This document shows, piece by piece, positions 49,803 through 61,946 of a stretch of 64,000 nt of DNA. A program made the translations under genes and the position numbers. The DNA is from Chiloscyllium plagiosum (taxonomy: Eukaryota). The notes beneath the pieces are model-generated. The model made no database searches. It was given only the letters and a program-made list of their open reading frames with translations, and was not told where the DNA came from. Where the stretch lies: assembly GCF_004010195.1 (NCBI RefSeq), contig NC_057718.1, forward strand, positions 89,469,062 to 89,533,061. The letters run 5' to 3'. Position 1 is the stretch's first letter. Each line of letters begins with the position of its first letter.

Positions 49803-49939
49803 CTGTTGTATTCTTTGATCAGAGACGAAACTTTATCTGAATGTGAACTCAAATCCTTGGAAAATCTGCAGAGGTCATTGAGTTGACCTTTCAGGGACTC
49901 ACTCATGCTTTCTGCCTCTTTCAGAGCTTCCTCTGTCTC
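49803..49939 (-). CDS. SYNE1: SYNE1 exon E (137 nt) ETEEALKEAESMSESLKGQLNDLCRFSKDLSSHSDKVSSLIKEYN
   Basis: hand-translated (not in ORF track); acceptor gtgcag|GAG, donor AACAG|gtaagt. Confidence 0.92.
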
Positions 49940-50353
49940 CTGCACCAGAAATTGTACACTGAGTCACTGAGCGGACAGCACAGATTACAATAACATTCAT
50001 CCTTCAGGAGACAAAACGATGGAAAATTGTACATCAGCAACTGCATGGAAGAGTGAGAGTGGCCAAAACACTGCAGGGAGACCTCCTCTCATTGGCTGCT
50101 GGGGGAGGTGACACCACTAGAGGCTGCCTCCAGGAGCTGCGAGCCAATCAAAACGCTAGTACCTCAGCAGCGCCACAGGGCAGCGGTGGCCATGACCAGG
50201 ATTGCACCATAAAAAGGACTGACCCCTCCAACAGCCCAACCTGACTCCCACCCTCTATGACACCACAGCCAGGAAAGTGGGGTCAAGGGACCAAGAGGGA
50301 TTGTTCTCCAGGAGAGGCAATGTGCATTAGGACGCAGTATGTGTCAGAGAGAC

Positions 50354-50405
<52 letters not shown>

Positions 50406-50487
50406 TCAGTGTGTGTGCGAGGGGGATATGGCGTGAGAGAGGAACAGTGTATGAGAGAGGGACAGTGTGTGTGTGAGGGGCGTCAGT

Positions 50488-50953
50488 ATAAGAACATAAG
50501 AAATAGAAGTAGGTCAGCCCACTCCACAATTCTGATCTTGTAGTGGCTTCACCTCCACTTACCCGCTCGCTCACCATAATCCTTAACTCCTTCACTGTTC
50601 AAAAATCTATTTATCTTTGCCTTAAAAATGCAGAAGCCTCAACTGCTTCACTGGGCAGGGAATTCCACCGATTCACAACCCTCGGGGTGAAGAATTTCCT
50701 CCTCAACTCAGTCCGAAATCTGCTCCCTCTTATTTTGATGCTATGCCCCCTGGTTATAGTTGCACCCACCAGCAGAAACAACCACCCAGCTTCTGTCTGA
50801 TCCATTCCCTTCATAATTTTAAATGCTTCTATAAGATTCCCCCCAGTACTTCTAAATTCCAATGTGTATAGTTCCAGTCTACTCAATCTCTCCTCATAAG
50901 CCATCCCCCTCGACTCCGGAATCAACCCAGTGAACCTCCTCTGTACTCCCTGT
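50488..50953 (-). mobile_element. CR1 3' fragment with imperfect TSD
   Basis: ORF 50611..51027 VQRRFTGLIP...FFTPRVVNRWNSLP; flanks tgtgagggg(c/cg)tcagt. Confidence 0.88.
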
Positions 50954-51538
50954 AAATGTGAGGGGCTCAGTGTGTGGGAGACAGACAGTGTTTGTGAGAA
51001 GGTTAGAGTGCATAGGGTAGGCAGCATTTATGGCAGGAATTTGTGTGCAGAGTGGTGGATAGTGTGTCGAAGAGCAAGTATGAGCAGCAGGAATAATGTG
51101 TGTCGCAAGGGACACGTACTATCTTTGACCTAGTTAGCGGTGCTAGAAGTAACACTTAAAGTTGTCAAACCATTTACACCTGAAAGCAATATATTCTGCT
51201 ACAAAATAAATTGTGGGATAGCGTCTGCTTGAGTCTAACGGAACATTTTCCTTCAGATGTGAGTCACTGGTTTAGTCATTGATTTAATGACTCACCAGTC
51301 AAATCTGCTTTCCAGAAAACAGCCAAAGTTTCAGCTTTCAAGGTTGGAATTACTGTCACTGAGCCTAAACTGTTTAAGCTGTTAGGTACTGCTGTGAACG
51401 GTGTACAATTACCAGTTAGGAAAGAGTTGTGTAAATGCCCTGTTAACAATATCAGAGCCCGGAGCAAGCTGATGTTAAATTGCTTTGCTCAGAGATTCCC
51501 TGGTCCCCTGCAGAGAGCCCACAGGGCCCCACACAAAC

Positions 51539-51895
51539 CTTTGCTTTCTGCCAGCATTCTACAAGCTCTTCGTCTGTTGTTTTGTCCTGCAGCTGGGACA
51601 GGCTGTGTGAGCAGGCCGTGAGACTGGCCTTGAACTCCGTAAGGTCCTTGTCCAGCTGAGCGACCTGTGCCTGGAACTCCTGCTCGGAGCTAGTGGTCTG
51701 ACTGAGCATGGTCTCCAGGCCGCTCTGCGCCTGCAGGGTGCTCTCCTCCCACTGCTGCCAGTCCGTCCGCAGGGCATCCAACTCCCTGGCCAGTGCCTCC
51801 CGCCCGCTCGCTGCCGTCTGCTCGCCCACCTCTGCGGCCAGAGCCTCCACTCTGTTCAGACGCTCCCTGCCATTCCGTCTGGAAACGATCAGCTC
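51539..51895 (-). CDS. SYNE1: SYNE1 exon D (357 nt) ELIVSRRNGRERL...EELVECWQKAK
   Basis: acceptor tctcag|GAG, donor AAG|gtttgt; ORF 51452..51913. Confidence 0.94.
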
Positions 51896-52429
51896 CTGAG
51901 AAATGGAAAGCATTCACTGTCACCAGTCCTGTCATAACTGTTTGTGTAAGCCCTCCTGAAAGTTCACAGTTGAGCAAGCGCTGCGTAACATCCTGCAGAG
52001 GATGTTAACCCTCACACTGCCCACGGGCAAGGTAAGGGAGGAGGCTTTCCACAGACCCAATCACCCTCGACATTTCTTCGCAACAACTGACTGCATTTAC
52101 GTAACTCCTGGAACGAAGTAAAAACCCCCCTCCTGCCTCCCCCCAGAGCAACAGACAAAACTAACACAGAGGCACGTGAGGGAGTCTGTTAAAAATACAC
52201 AACATACAGTCAAAGGTAAAGTAAAATTTCAGATCGTGAGCAGGATAAACTGTACAGTTGATCTTCAGGACATTCACCACACAGCGATCTTACTAACCCT
52301 GCAGGGCAAGCTTTCGGGAGATAATTAAGGACAGTTTCAACACCTCAAAAGTAAGCATTTGCAAAGTACAATGATATGGCGCCTGTTGTAACACTCTTGC
52401 CCTGGAGTAACGCAGTTTCAGGACCAAGT

Positions 52430-52795
52430 GCCCACACTGGGGATGGCACACTAGTAATAACGCTGACACTGGAGTGCAGTGCTGAGGTGGTGCTGCCCTG
52501 TCAACAGTGCTATATCTCAATGAGAATTTGAACCAGTCTGCCAGCATGGGTAGACGTAAAGGATCCTGTGGCCCTATTTTGGGAGTAGAGCACGGGTGTC
52601 CTTGTCAATATTAAGTTCTCAAACAGCAGATTACCGGGTCAATTGCTATCGCATTGCTGACTGTGGGAGCTTGCTGTGCACAAATTGACTGCCACACATC
52701 CTACTTTATGATATTGACAAAGTATACTCCATTGGTTGTAAAGTGCTTTGAGAATGTCCAGTGGTTAAGAAAGGTGCTACATAAATGCAAGTCCT
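52430..52795 (+). mobile_element. Deu-domain SINE (SacSINE1-like) with L2-type tail
   Basis: gctgacactggagtgcagtgctgagg...gtgggagcttgctgtgcacaaattg...aaaggtgctacataaatgcaagt. Confidence 0.7.
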
Positions 52796-53429
52796 TAATC
52801 GTTCTGGGTCTGTTCTGGGCACTGCACTTTTTAAAGGATATCAGGGGTTTGGAGAGAGTGGGGTGGAGGTGTAAGGAACGAAGGATTTCAGTTATATGTG
52901 GAGGCTAGAGAAACTGGGATTATCCTCTTTAGAGCTGGGGAAAATATTGGGGAGGTGATGGCCTAATGGGAGAATTGCTGGATTGTTAATCCAGGTAATG
53001 GCTTTGGGGATTCAGGTTTGAATCCTTCCATGTCAGATGGGGAATTTGAATTCAATAAAAGTCTGGAATTAAGAGTCTTGGATTTGAACCCGAGTCCCCA
53101 GAACGTTACGTGGCTCACTGGATTACCAGCCCAGCGATTATACCATGAGGCCATCACCTTCCGCAGCTCTGAGAAGGACAATCTCAATTTCTCTAGTCTC
53201 CACTAATATTGAACCATTACAAACCCATTGTCAATTGTTAAAAAAAACCCACCTGGTTCACTAACTCCCTTTAGGGAAGGAAGCTGCCATCCTTACCTGG
53301 TCAGGCCTACATGTGACTCCAGACCCACTGCAATGTGGCTGGCTCTCAATCGCCCACTGGACAATTAGGGATGGGCAATAAATGCTGACTAGTCAGTGTT
53401 GCCCCATGTCATGAATGAATTAAAGAAAA

Positions 53430-53732
53430 CGGGATGGCTCAGTGGTTAGCACTGCTGCCTCACAGCGGCTGGGACCCAGGTTGGATTCCAGCCTCGGGTG
53501 ACTATCTGTGTGGAGTTTGTACATTCTCCCCGTGTCTGTGTGGGTTTCCTCCGGGTGCTCCAGTTCCAAAGATGTACAGGTCAGGTGATTTGGCCGTGTT
53601 AAATTGCCCATAGTATTCAGGGATGTGCAGGTTAGGTGCATTGGTCAGGGCTAAGTGTAGAGTAATAGGGTAGGGGAGTGGGTCTGGGTGGGTTACTCTT
53701 CGGAGAGTCGGTGTGGACTTAGGGATTCTATG
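53430..53732 (+). mobile_element. HE1-type V-SINE
   Basis: head/core/tail. Confidence 0.9.
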
Positions 53733-54939
53733 ACAAAAATGATGCAAGGCATAAAACCCCTAAGGGACAATGATGATGATAATACTGCACTGAATACTAC
53801 ACCCATCACTGGTTGCCCAGAGGGCAGCTGAGAGCCAGCCATAATACAGCGGGTCTGGAGTCATATGTAGGCCAGACCAGGTAAGGATGGCATTTTCCTT
53901 CCCTAAAGGGCATCAATGAACCAGGTGGGTTTTTCCAACAATTGACAAGGGATTTATAGTCATCATGAGACTCTTAATTCCAGATTTTTATTGAATTCAA
54001 ATTTCCCCATCTGCCATGGAAGGATTTGAACCCGAGTCCCCAGAACATTACGTGGCTCACTGGATTACCAGCCCAGCGATTATACCATGAGGCCATCACC
54101 TTCCGCAGCTCTGAGAAGTTCAATCCCAATTTCTCTAGTCTCCACTAATATTGAACCATTACAAAGCTCCAACAATCAACAGAGAGGCGAACATGGAGGA
54201 ACAACATTAGGAAAATCAATCAATAAAGTTGCTAAGGATGGAGCTAGAGAGAGTAAAACCCTTGGTCTGCATCAAACAGATCTGCACATCATAAGGCAAT
54301 TTAGCAAAAAGACAGCCGAGGTGCAGTTACACCTTTGCAAGATGTCACTAGAAATAGAAATTATTCCCGAAAACTGGGAGAGCAGGTAGTGTTATTCCTA
54401 TGTTTTAAAAGGGAACTAGAACAAGGAGATATAGACTGGCTTGATACTTGTGATAAAAATGGTAATTATTATCCTTACTCAAAGTGACAATGGGGAGTAA
54501 TGTCAGAAATAGAAGCAGAATGAAATGTGCTCAGGGGAGATATGAATCTTTTGAACACTGGAACAACACAAGGGAAAGAGGAGATGAGGGTCATGTGCTC
54601 GATGTAATATAGTTGGACTTTCTAACAACTTTCCACAAAGTCCTCAACCGTAGACTCATGACTAAGACCACAGCAGGGGTCATAGGACAAGAAGCAGAAT
54701 GAATCAAAATCTGACAACAAAATGACAGAAAAGAAAGTCAAGGCAAAGCATAGCCAGACAAATTAGTAAATGGAGTGGCACAGCATTCCACAGGGGATGG
54801 GCGCTGGGCCGTGCTGTGAAGAGACAGTCACCACTTGGATTGAGAAACTCTCTCATCTACTACACCGCCGCGTTTCCCAGGTCCTGGGAATCCCATGCAA
54901 CAGCTATTACATTAACTGCACCGTGAGAGCCTCTTACTG

Positions 54940-55222
54940 TGGCACGGTGGCTCAGTGGTTAGCACTGCTGCCTCCTAACAGTAGGGACTAGGTTCAATTC
55001 CACACTTGGGCGACTGTTTGCATGTGGAGTTTGCATGCTCTCCCATGTCTGTGTGGTGCTCCGGTTTCCTCCCACAGTCCAAAGATGTGTGGATTAGGTG
55101 GATTGGCCATGAGGAAATGCAGGGTTATAGGTAGGGGGTAGTGCTCAGTGCCTTTGAATGGGTGGTGTGGGACCCGATGGGCCAAATGGCCTGCTTCCAT
55201 ACTATAGCGATTCTATGATTCT
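54940..55222 (+). mobile_element. HE1-type V-SINE
   Basis: head/core/tail. Confidence 0.88.
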
Positions 55223-55329
55223 TAGAACAGGGCCACTGCAAATGCAGTGAGTTTTGAAGGGTAGTCACTGTTGTAATCTTGGAAAAATAGCAGGCAATAT
55301 GGGCACAGCAAGACTAAAAAAAAACGACC

Positions 55330-55956
55330 ATAGAGTCTTAGAGTCATAGAGATGTACAGCACGGAAACAGACCCTTCAGTCCAACCTCTCCATGCCGACC
55401 AGACATCCCAATCCAATCTAGTCCCACCTGCCAGCACCTGGCCGATGTCCCTCTAAACCCTTCCTATTCATATATCCATCCAGATGCCTTTTAAATGCTG
55501 TAATTGTACCAGTCTCCACCACTTCCTCTGGCAGCTCATTCCATACACACACCACCCTCTGTGTGAAAAAGTTGCCCCTTCCGTCTCTTTTATATCTTTC
55601 CCCTCTCACCCTAAACCTATGCCCCTCTAGTTCTGGACTCCCCCACCTCGGGGAAAAGGCTTTGTCTATTTACCCTATCCATACCCTTCATGATTTTATA
55701 AACCTCTATGAGGTCACCCCTCAGCCTTCGATGCTCCAGGGAAAACAGCCCCAGCCTATTCAGCGTCTCCCTGTAGCTCAAGCTCTCCTACCCGGGCAAC
55801 ATCCTTGTAAATCCTTTCTGAACCCTTTCAAGTTTCACAACATCCTTCCTATAGGAGGAAGACCAGAATTTCACACAATATTCCAAAAGTGGCCTAACCA
55901 ATGTCCTGTACAGCCACAACATGACCTCCCAACTCCTGTACTCATACTCTGACCAA
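55330..55956 (-). mobile_element. CR1 3' end
   Basis: ORF 55418..55609; gagtcata tail. Confidence 0.9.
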
Positions 55957-56264
55957 TTCCAAACGTGACCAGATCATCTGTTTGAAGGTTTGAGGGATAA
56001 ATGATGTTAGGAAACTGGGGAGAGCTCCCTGTGGGTCCTTGGTTTAATGTCTCATCTGATAGATGGCACCACTGCGCTGTCTTTCAGTGCTGCACTGCCC
56101 AGCCAAGGTGCCCAGGTTTCTGAAGAGGGGCTTGAACCCGTGACCAATGAATTCAGAAGGAAGAGGGGACCTCTGCTGACACTGTACTGATCGATCTATC
56201 CTGCTGCTTATCAGATTCCCATTGTCTAGTTTCTGCGGATCAGAGGCCGGGTAATGATTCCCAC

Positions 56265-56429
56265 CGTGACTTTCTTCAGCTTTCTCTGCAGGGCTGTCGA
56301 GTCTCCCGATAAGTCTGACCAGCGGTGAAGTTCCTCCTTAGCCGAGGTCAGCCAGTTTGTTAGTTCTTGCACGGCGATGTTATACTGCTGATGGTCTTGC
56401 ACCTGATCCTCCAGCTTCTTCACCTTCCC
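56265..56429 (-). CDS. SYNE1: SYNE1 exon C (165 nt) GKVKKLEDQVQDH...LQRKLKKVT
   Basis: acceptor ttgcag|GGG, donor ACG|gtggga; SAKEELHRWSD motif. Confidence 0.93.
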
Positions 56430-56519
56430 CTGCAAACAAGAGCAAATCAAGCTGTAAATGCCACCATGTTGAACACTGGAAATGTTGTGACCCACAACAC
56501 ATGTGCTTTACACACTGTT

Positions 56520-56875
56520 TCACATCCCCTAACAACATCCCACCTCCCAGTTTCCTCATTTCCCCTTCCCCCACCTTATCCCAGATCCAACATTCCAACT
56601 CGGCACTGCCCTCTTGAGCTGTCCTACCTGTCCATCTTCCTTCCCAAATATCCACTCTCCCCTCCTCTCCGACCTTTATCTACCTTCCCCCCAGCCCCAC
56701 CCCCTTCCCATTTATCTCTCAGCACCCTTGGGCCAGCTCATCATTCCGGATGAAGACCTTATGCCCAAAACATTGATTCCCCTGCTCCTCGGATGCTGCC
56801 TGACCGGCTGTGCTTTTCCAGCACCACACTCTTCGACTCTGATCTCCAGCATCAGCAGTCCTCACTTTCCCCTTC
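56520..56875 (+). mobile_element. Penelope-like pLTR with degenerate hammerhead
   Basis: attccggatgaagaccttatgcccaaaacattgattcc...ctccagcatcagcagtcctcactt. Confidence 0.7.
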
Positions 56876-56964
56876 CCCTCCAGACCTGCTGAGCTTCCCT
56901 AGCAATTGTTTGATTCAGGTGAGTCCCCTTGGCTTCAGGAAGTTCACTTGAGAGACTGAAATGT

Positions 56965-57470
56965 TATCTGCATAGATAGGGCCGAGAGTCAGGATCTTTT
57001 GCCCAAATGGCTAAAACAAGGGGGCGTGCATTTAAGGTGAGAGGCAGAAAGTTCAAAGGAGATGTGAGGGGTGCGTTTTTTGATTAGAGATTAGATTCCC
57101 TACAGTGTGGAAACAGGCCCATCAGCCCAACAAGTCCACATGGACCCTCTAAAGAGCAACCCACCCAGACCCATCTCCCTCTGACTAATGCACCTAACAC
57201 TACGGGCAATTTAGCGCAGCCAATTCACCTGACCTGTACATCTTTGGACTGAAAATGGTAGGACTCTGCAGTGCGCTACCAGGAGTGATGGTGGAGGCAG
57301 ATACATTAGAAGCTTTTAAGGGATTTTTAGATAAACACATCAATATGCAAGGAATGGAGGGATATGGACCAAGGGCAGGCAGAAGGGATTAGTGTAATTT
57401 GGTGTCATGCTCAGCACAACTTCATGGGCCAAAGGGCCTGTTCCAGTGCTGTGCTATTCTATGTTCTATG
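56965..57470 (+). mobile_element. CR1 3' end interrupted by truncated minus-strand HE1 SINE (57083-57251)
   Basis: tttaaggtgagaggcagaaagttcaaaggagatgtgaggg...ctatgttctatg. Confidence 0.8.
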
Positions 57471-57614
57471 CTCGACTTGCAGATAAATTCAATTGTTATT
57501 GAGTAGTTACATATTTTAAGAGTATCTAGGACTATTCCTGCATTCTTTGATTTATTAATATGAGGTGCAATCAGCATATTGTTGTATACTTATTAATGTT
57601 TATCTAGGCTACAG

Positions 57615-57911
57615 GAGTGGCATAGTGGTTAGCACTGCTGCCTCACAGTGCCAGAGACCTGGGTTCAATTCTAGCAAAAGGCAACTGTCTGTGTGGAGTT
57701 TGCACGTTCTCCCTGTGTCTGCGTGGGTTTCCCCCGTGTGTTCCAGTTTCCTCCCACAGTCCAAAAATGTACAGATCAGGTGAATTGGCCATGCTAAATT
57801 GCCCGTAGATGTAGGTGTAGGGGAATGGGTCTGGGTGGGTTGCTCTTCAGAGGTTCGGTGTGGACTTGTTGGGCCGAAGGGCCTGTTTCCACACTGTAAG
57901 TAATCTAATCT
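57615..57911 (+). mobile_element. HE1-type V-SINE
   Basis: head/core/(taatc)n tail. Confidence 0.9.
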
Positions 57912-59783
57912 TAAAAAAAAATGTTAAATTTCTCAGCAAAAATCTTTATCAAGTAGTCAAGTGTGTCATTGTTTGAAATGAGGGAAACCAAGCACATTGA
58001 ACAGATGTATCCTTAAGCATAAGCCAGTTTGAAATACTCTAATGATTCATTAGGTTTATTTAAAATTCCTACCACTCTCTGCCCACGTTCTCTGTTTGTG
58101 CAGAGACTACTGAAGTTACCTTACTTAGAAAATGCCTGCAGGATGTTAAGTAGCAGAATACCTTGTATTCAGAAATAAAGGAGATATTACAGAGATAGGA
58201 AAGGGTTAGAGGAATATGGGCCAAACAGAGGAAAATGGGACTAGTTCAATTTAGGAACGGGCCAGTTGGGTTTAAGGGCCTGTTTCCATGCGGTATAACT
58301 GTGACTCTGCTGGAACTGGGGACTCCTACTGAGCTGTGACTCTCAGGTCCCCTTTCACCCTTCACCCTTGCGCCTCTGCCAGAGTCAGCACAGTTTCTAC
58401 ACCTTGAAACTCAGACAGATCACATGCCCTGCACAGCAGTGACAGAGTTGGTTACTGTCACACACACACATACATTGATAAAATGATTAGCAGTGAACAT
58501 GGATCACTTTACTCTACACAGGAACTGGAAAAATCAGTTTGGCATTGGTACCCAAGAGAGGAGTTCACAAAATTATTTCAAAATAATATCTTAGAGCGGG
58601 ATATTCTGCAACTGGCCAGAGATGAGGCTATAATAGGCTTGATATTGTGTCATGTGGCAGGAACGACGAATGACCTCAGAGTAAAGGCACCATAATGCAG
58701 CAACAATGCCAGCATGATTAAAGTTTACATCCCGTGTGAAAGAGAGAAGAGTGAGTCAAAGACTAGTATCTTAAACTTGAAAACTGGCAACTGTCTGGAC
58801 ACGAAAGCTGGGTGAGATGAAGGGGATAATCAATAGAGACACAGTGACTGACGTAGAGTCATAGAGATGTACAGCATGGAAACAGAGCCTTTGGTCCAAC
58901 CTGTCCATGCTGACCAGATATCCCAACCCAATCTAGTCCCATTTGCCAACACTTGGCCCGTAGGTATTTGAGAAGGAAAGCAGAAGTAATGTGAGGGCTG
59001 GTTCTCTACAGAGTGAGAATGAGGTGGTGGGGGAGGGGTGTTAATAGTAGATAATAAGGATCTGGTAGATGGAATACAATGGGGAGAAATGCAAAGATTT
59101 TCACTTTAAGAATAAGAAGAGCAGAGCATTATTAAAATGGAAAACAACTGTGGACTCTTGAGGTGTAGAGGGATTGAAATGTCCTGGTGAGTCCCAAGCA
59201 GTTAGTATGCTAGCTTAGCACTGTAATTCAGTGAAAGGGGCCACCTCAGTGTAGACCTGTGATGGAGTCTGGATGGCTCATGGGGCAGTGAGCCCCCCCA
59301 CTCGGGTGTTAAGACGGCCAGGGGAGTGGTTTCCCCAGATAATGTCCGATGGGCACAGAGTGAACATGTCCTTCAACCTTACCCTCTCATGGAGCTGAAA
59401 ATGCAAACTATATTGCGCAAAGGAAGGCTCTTGAACCAGAGAGCAGTTAATTCTGCAACCCTCACATTGGGTTACCCATAGAGCAGTGAGGGTGTCAATG
59501 GAGGCAAGATGGCGCCAAAGATGGCGACTTCCATTCCAGCAGTAGTGGCGATGGGGACTCATACAAGCCATGACAGAGCACTTAACAAGAGGAACTGTAA
59601 AGTTGGACACTTGTTTAAATTCTTAATTTTCTGCCTTTATATTTTTTTTGGTTTATTTTCCTGTGTTTTAAGATGACGTTGGAGAGCATGACAATAAATA
59701 CACCAAATAAAAACACAATTGTAGTCGATGCTACTTCCCTTACAATGCTGGAGAATCAGACAGGAGCAGAAAGGGGCAGTTAC

Positions 59784-60093
59784 CTTGGCAACCACAACAA
59801 TATCGGCAAACTGGGTCCTCATCTCCAGCTGTGCATCCTCCGTGAAAGACGTGTCTCCAGTTCTCTCCAGCAGCTCCTTGGCTTTCTCAATCAACCGGGA
59901 GAGAACGGCCGAGTGCTTCTCGATGTCGGCCAGCAGACTCTGGTGTCGCTCCAGCTGCAAGAGCTTGTCCTTCAGGTCGTTCTGCAGCTCCAGGCCCTGG
60001 CTCACTCCCTGCTCCGTCGCCTCCATCCACTGCTGGAGCTGCTTCTTACTTTCCTGGAACCCGTTCCACTGCACCACCACACATTCCAGCTGG
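59784..60093 (-). CDS. SYNE1: SYNE1 exon B (310 nt) SQLECVVVQWNGFQ...QFADIVVVAK
   Basis: acceptor ttccag|C, donor AAG|gtaact; ORF 59637..60104. Confidence 0.94.
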
Positions 60094-60837
60094 CTGGAAG
60101 GCAAAGGAGCAACACACGGTTACCAATGGGACACTACTGATGGAAGAATAGCACAAGGATAGATGCTATTCGTAATGCATTCCTAACATGCACAACAGGG
60201 ATTGGTTACACAGTTGAGCAGGCCTGATTTTCTACGGACAGCAGATCCTCCTTTGCATTGGAAATGTGTCTGTGGCAGGCCTTTCCAGTGTTATCGGTGT
60301 TTCCCAGACCTCAGACAGGACCATTGTCCTTTTACAGAAAGAAACCTGATTTAACTCCAGCTAGATGGATGGGTTTTGAATGGACTAAGTCCTGTCCGTT
60401 CAAAGGGTGAGATAACAAGGACCCCCATCAATGGTGGGGAATGGAGATCGTGAAGGTGAGATTATATTCACTATACAAGACAGAGGTGTAAGTCACCATC
60501 ATCCCAGAGTCTGTTCTCTCATTGGAGAGAGGGTCACCACGCCTGGGCGAAAGGTAAGCTTTAGAATTCAGGGCCTTGATTGGTGGACTTCAGCCGACAC
60601 AGGGATTAAATCCTCTGTTGGCAAACCATCTACTCAGCTGTGCTGACCTCTGCCTGGTCACGCGTTGAGCTCTTTAACTCGGCATTATCAGCCTCCCCTC
60701 ATATTACCTCACAACGTTAGACGCTGGCAATCCTGAAATACAGAGGGCGGGCTAGAGATCCTGATCAGGGATCCGAAAGGTGGAAATTGTGAGTTCAAAA
60801 CTCACCAAGGTCAGCTGTGACCGATCTCATCATTTGA

Positions 60838-61064
60838 AGTCATTGAGATGTACAGCTATGGAAACAGACCCTTCGGTCCAACCCGTCCATGCCGAGCAGA
60901 TATCCCAACCCAATCTAGTCCCACCTGCCAGCACCCGGCCCATTTCCCTCCAAACCCTTCCCATTCATGTACCCATCTAAATGCCTCTTAAATGTTGCAA
61001 TTGTACCAACCTCCACCACATCCTCTGGCAGTTCATTCCATACATGTACCACCCTCTGCTTGAA
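60838..61064 (-). mobile_element. CR1 3' end fragment
   Basis: ggaaacagacccttcggtccaac...ctggcagttcattccatac. Confidence 0.85.
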
Positions 61065-61200
61065 GGGGCACTGACTGAAAGTTGGGTTGGAGATGGGTTT
61101 AGGTCGAGAAACAGTTTTTTTTTGTTTGGACTTTAAACCTATCTCCGACCAAACATCTGAAGATTAAAATTCTGCTCATATTATCTGAATGTTTTACAGA

Positions 61201-61396
61201 GTTTGGAGGAGCTGGTGTTGGACTGGGGTGGACAAAGTTAAAAACCACACGACACCAGGTTATAGTCCAACAGGTTTATTTGGAAGCACTAGCTTTCGGA
61301 GGTGGTTGGCCTGATGAAGGAGCAGCGCTCCGAAAGCTAGTGCTTCCAAATAAACCTGTTGGACTATAACCTGGTGTCGTGTGGTTTTTAACTTTA
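61201..61396 (+). mobile_element. Penelope-derived perfect hairpin insertion with hammerhead core
   Basis: 68-bp perfect inverted arms 61234-61301 / 61328-61395; 9-bp TSD ttttacaga. Confidence 0.85.
61311..61342 (+). ncRNA. Minimal hammerhead ribozyme core motif
   Basis: CUGAUGA-A-GGAGC(AGC)GCUCC-GAAA-GC-UA. Confidence 0.65.
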
Positions 61397-61533
61397 TTTT
61401 ACAGAAAATAGGCAACAAACTGCACCAGAAAATTCAGCAGATAATCAGTAAAATTAACTGTTACTTTTGCGACATAAAGCTGGTTTGCGACTTCAATGAG
61501 CGTGCCCACAGTTAGTTCGGAGTCAGGCTGTAC

Positions 61534-61706
61534 CTGTGACAGTTCACGGAGCTACTGACGACCTTGGCCCAAGCCTCTTTAAGAGCCTGAAGCTGGTTCT
61601 GAATAGCATCCCTTGCCTCCTGGTTACTGCTCTTCAGAGACTGTTCCCCTTTACCAAGCGTCATGTTCAGCTTCACCTCGCCTTCACCCTTCATCAGCAG
61701 GATCTC
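61534..61706 (-). CDS. SYNE1: SYNE1 exon A (173 nt) EILLMKGEGEVKLNMTLGKGEQ...SSSVNCH
   Basis: acceptor gtctag|GAG, donor CACAG|gtacag; end phase 2 joins exon B. Confidence 0.93.
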
Positions 61707-61946
61707 CTAGACAGGATAACACAACAAGTTCAAAACAAGTATAGTGTCCTTTTTTTTTAAACACTGGCTGCACCAGGAGAGCCTGCGTTGTTAAATCTCC
61801 CCATTCGCTGTGAGGGGGGGAAGACTGTACCATTCTGTTCCACAGTAAAGTCAGAAATACACACAGCAGGTTTTGGTGTGTGAGTTGATGTTTCAGTATG
61901 ACTTTACCTCAGAACGCTGAAGAAGGGTCAAAAAGGGATGGATTTC

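Larger units (their letters stand above)
425..61706 (-). other. SYNE1: SYNE1/nesprin-1 gene, internal span (25 exons A-Y, spectrin-repeat rod); gene extends beyond both window ends
   Basis: 25 GT-AG exons with consistent phases totalling 4784 nt; peptides match human nesprin-1 from memory, e.g. MKGEGEVKLN, SAKEELHRWSD, SQLEGALS, EPKVELFEKKAQLAKYK, MEEIAGFE, DSYSAICSTAQR, EWDNLAR. Confidence 0.95.

Noticed and set aside
25985..57251. Several HE1 SINEs inserted inside CR1 3' ends, suggesting targeting
   Set aside because: Insertion points differ and CR1 ends are abundant, so chance is sufficient without a genome-wide test.
425..61706. Alternative identity as SYNE2, dystonin or MACF1
   Set aside because: Peptides and exon order follow nesprin-1 continuously as I recall it; reciprocal BLASTP would confirm.
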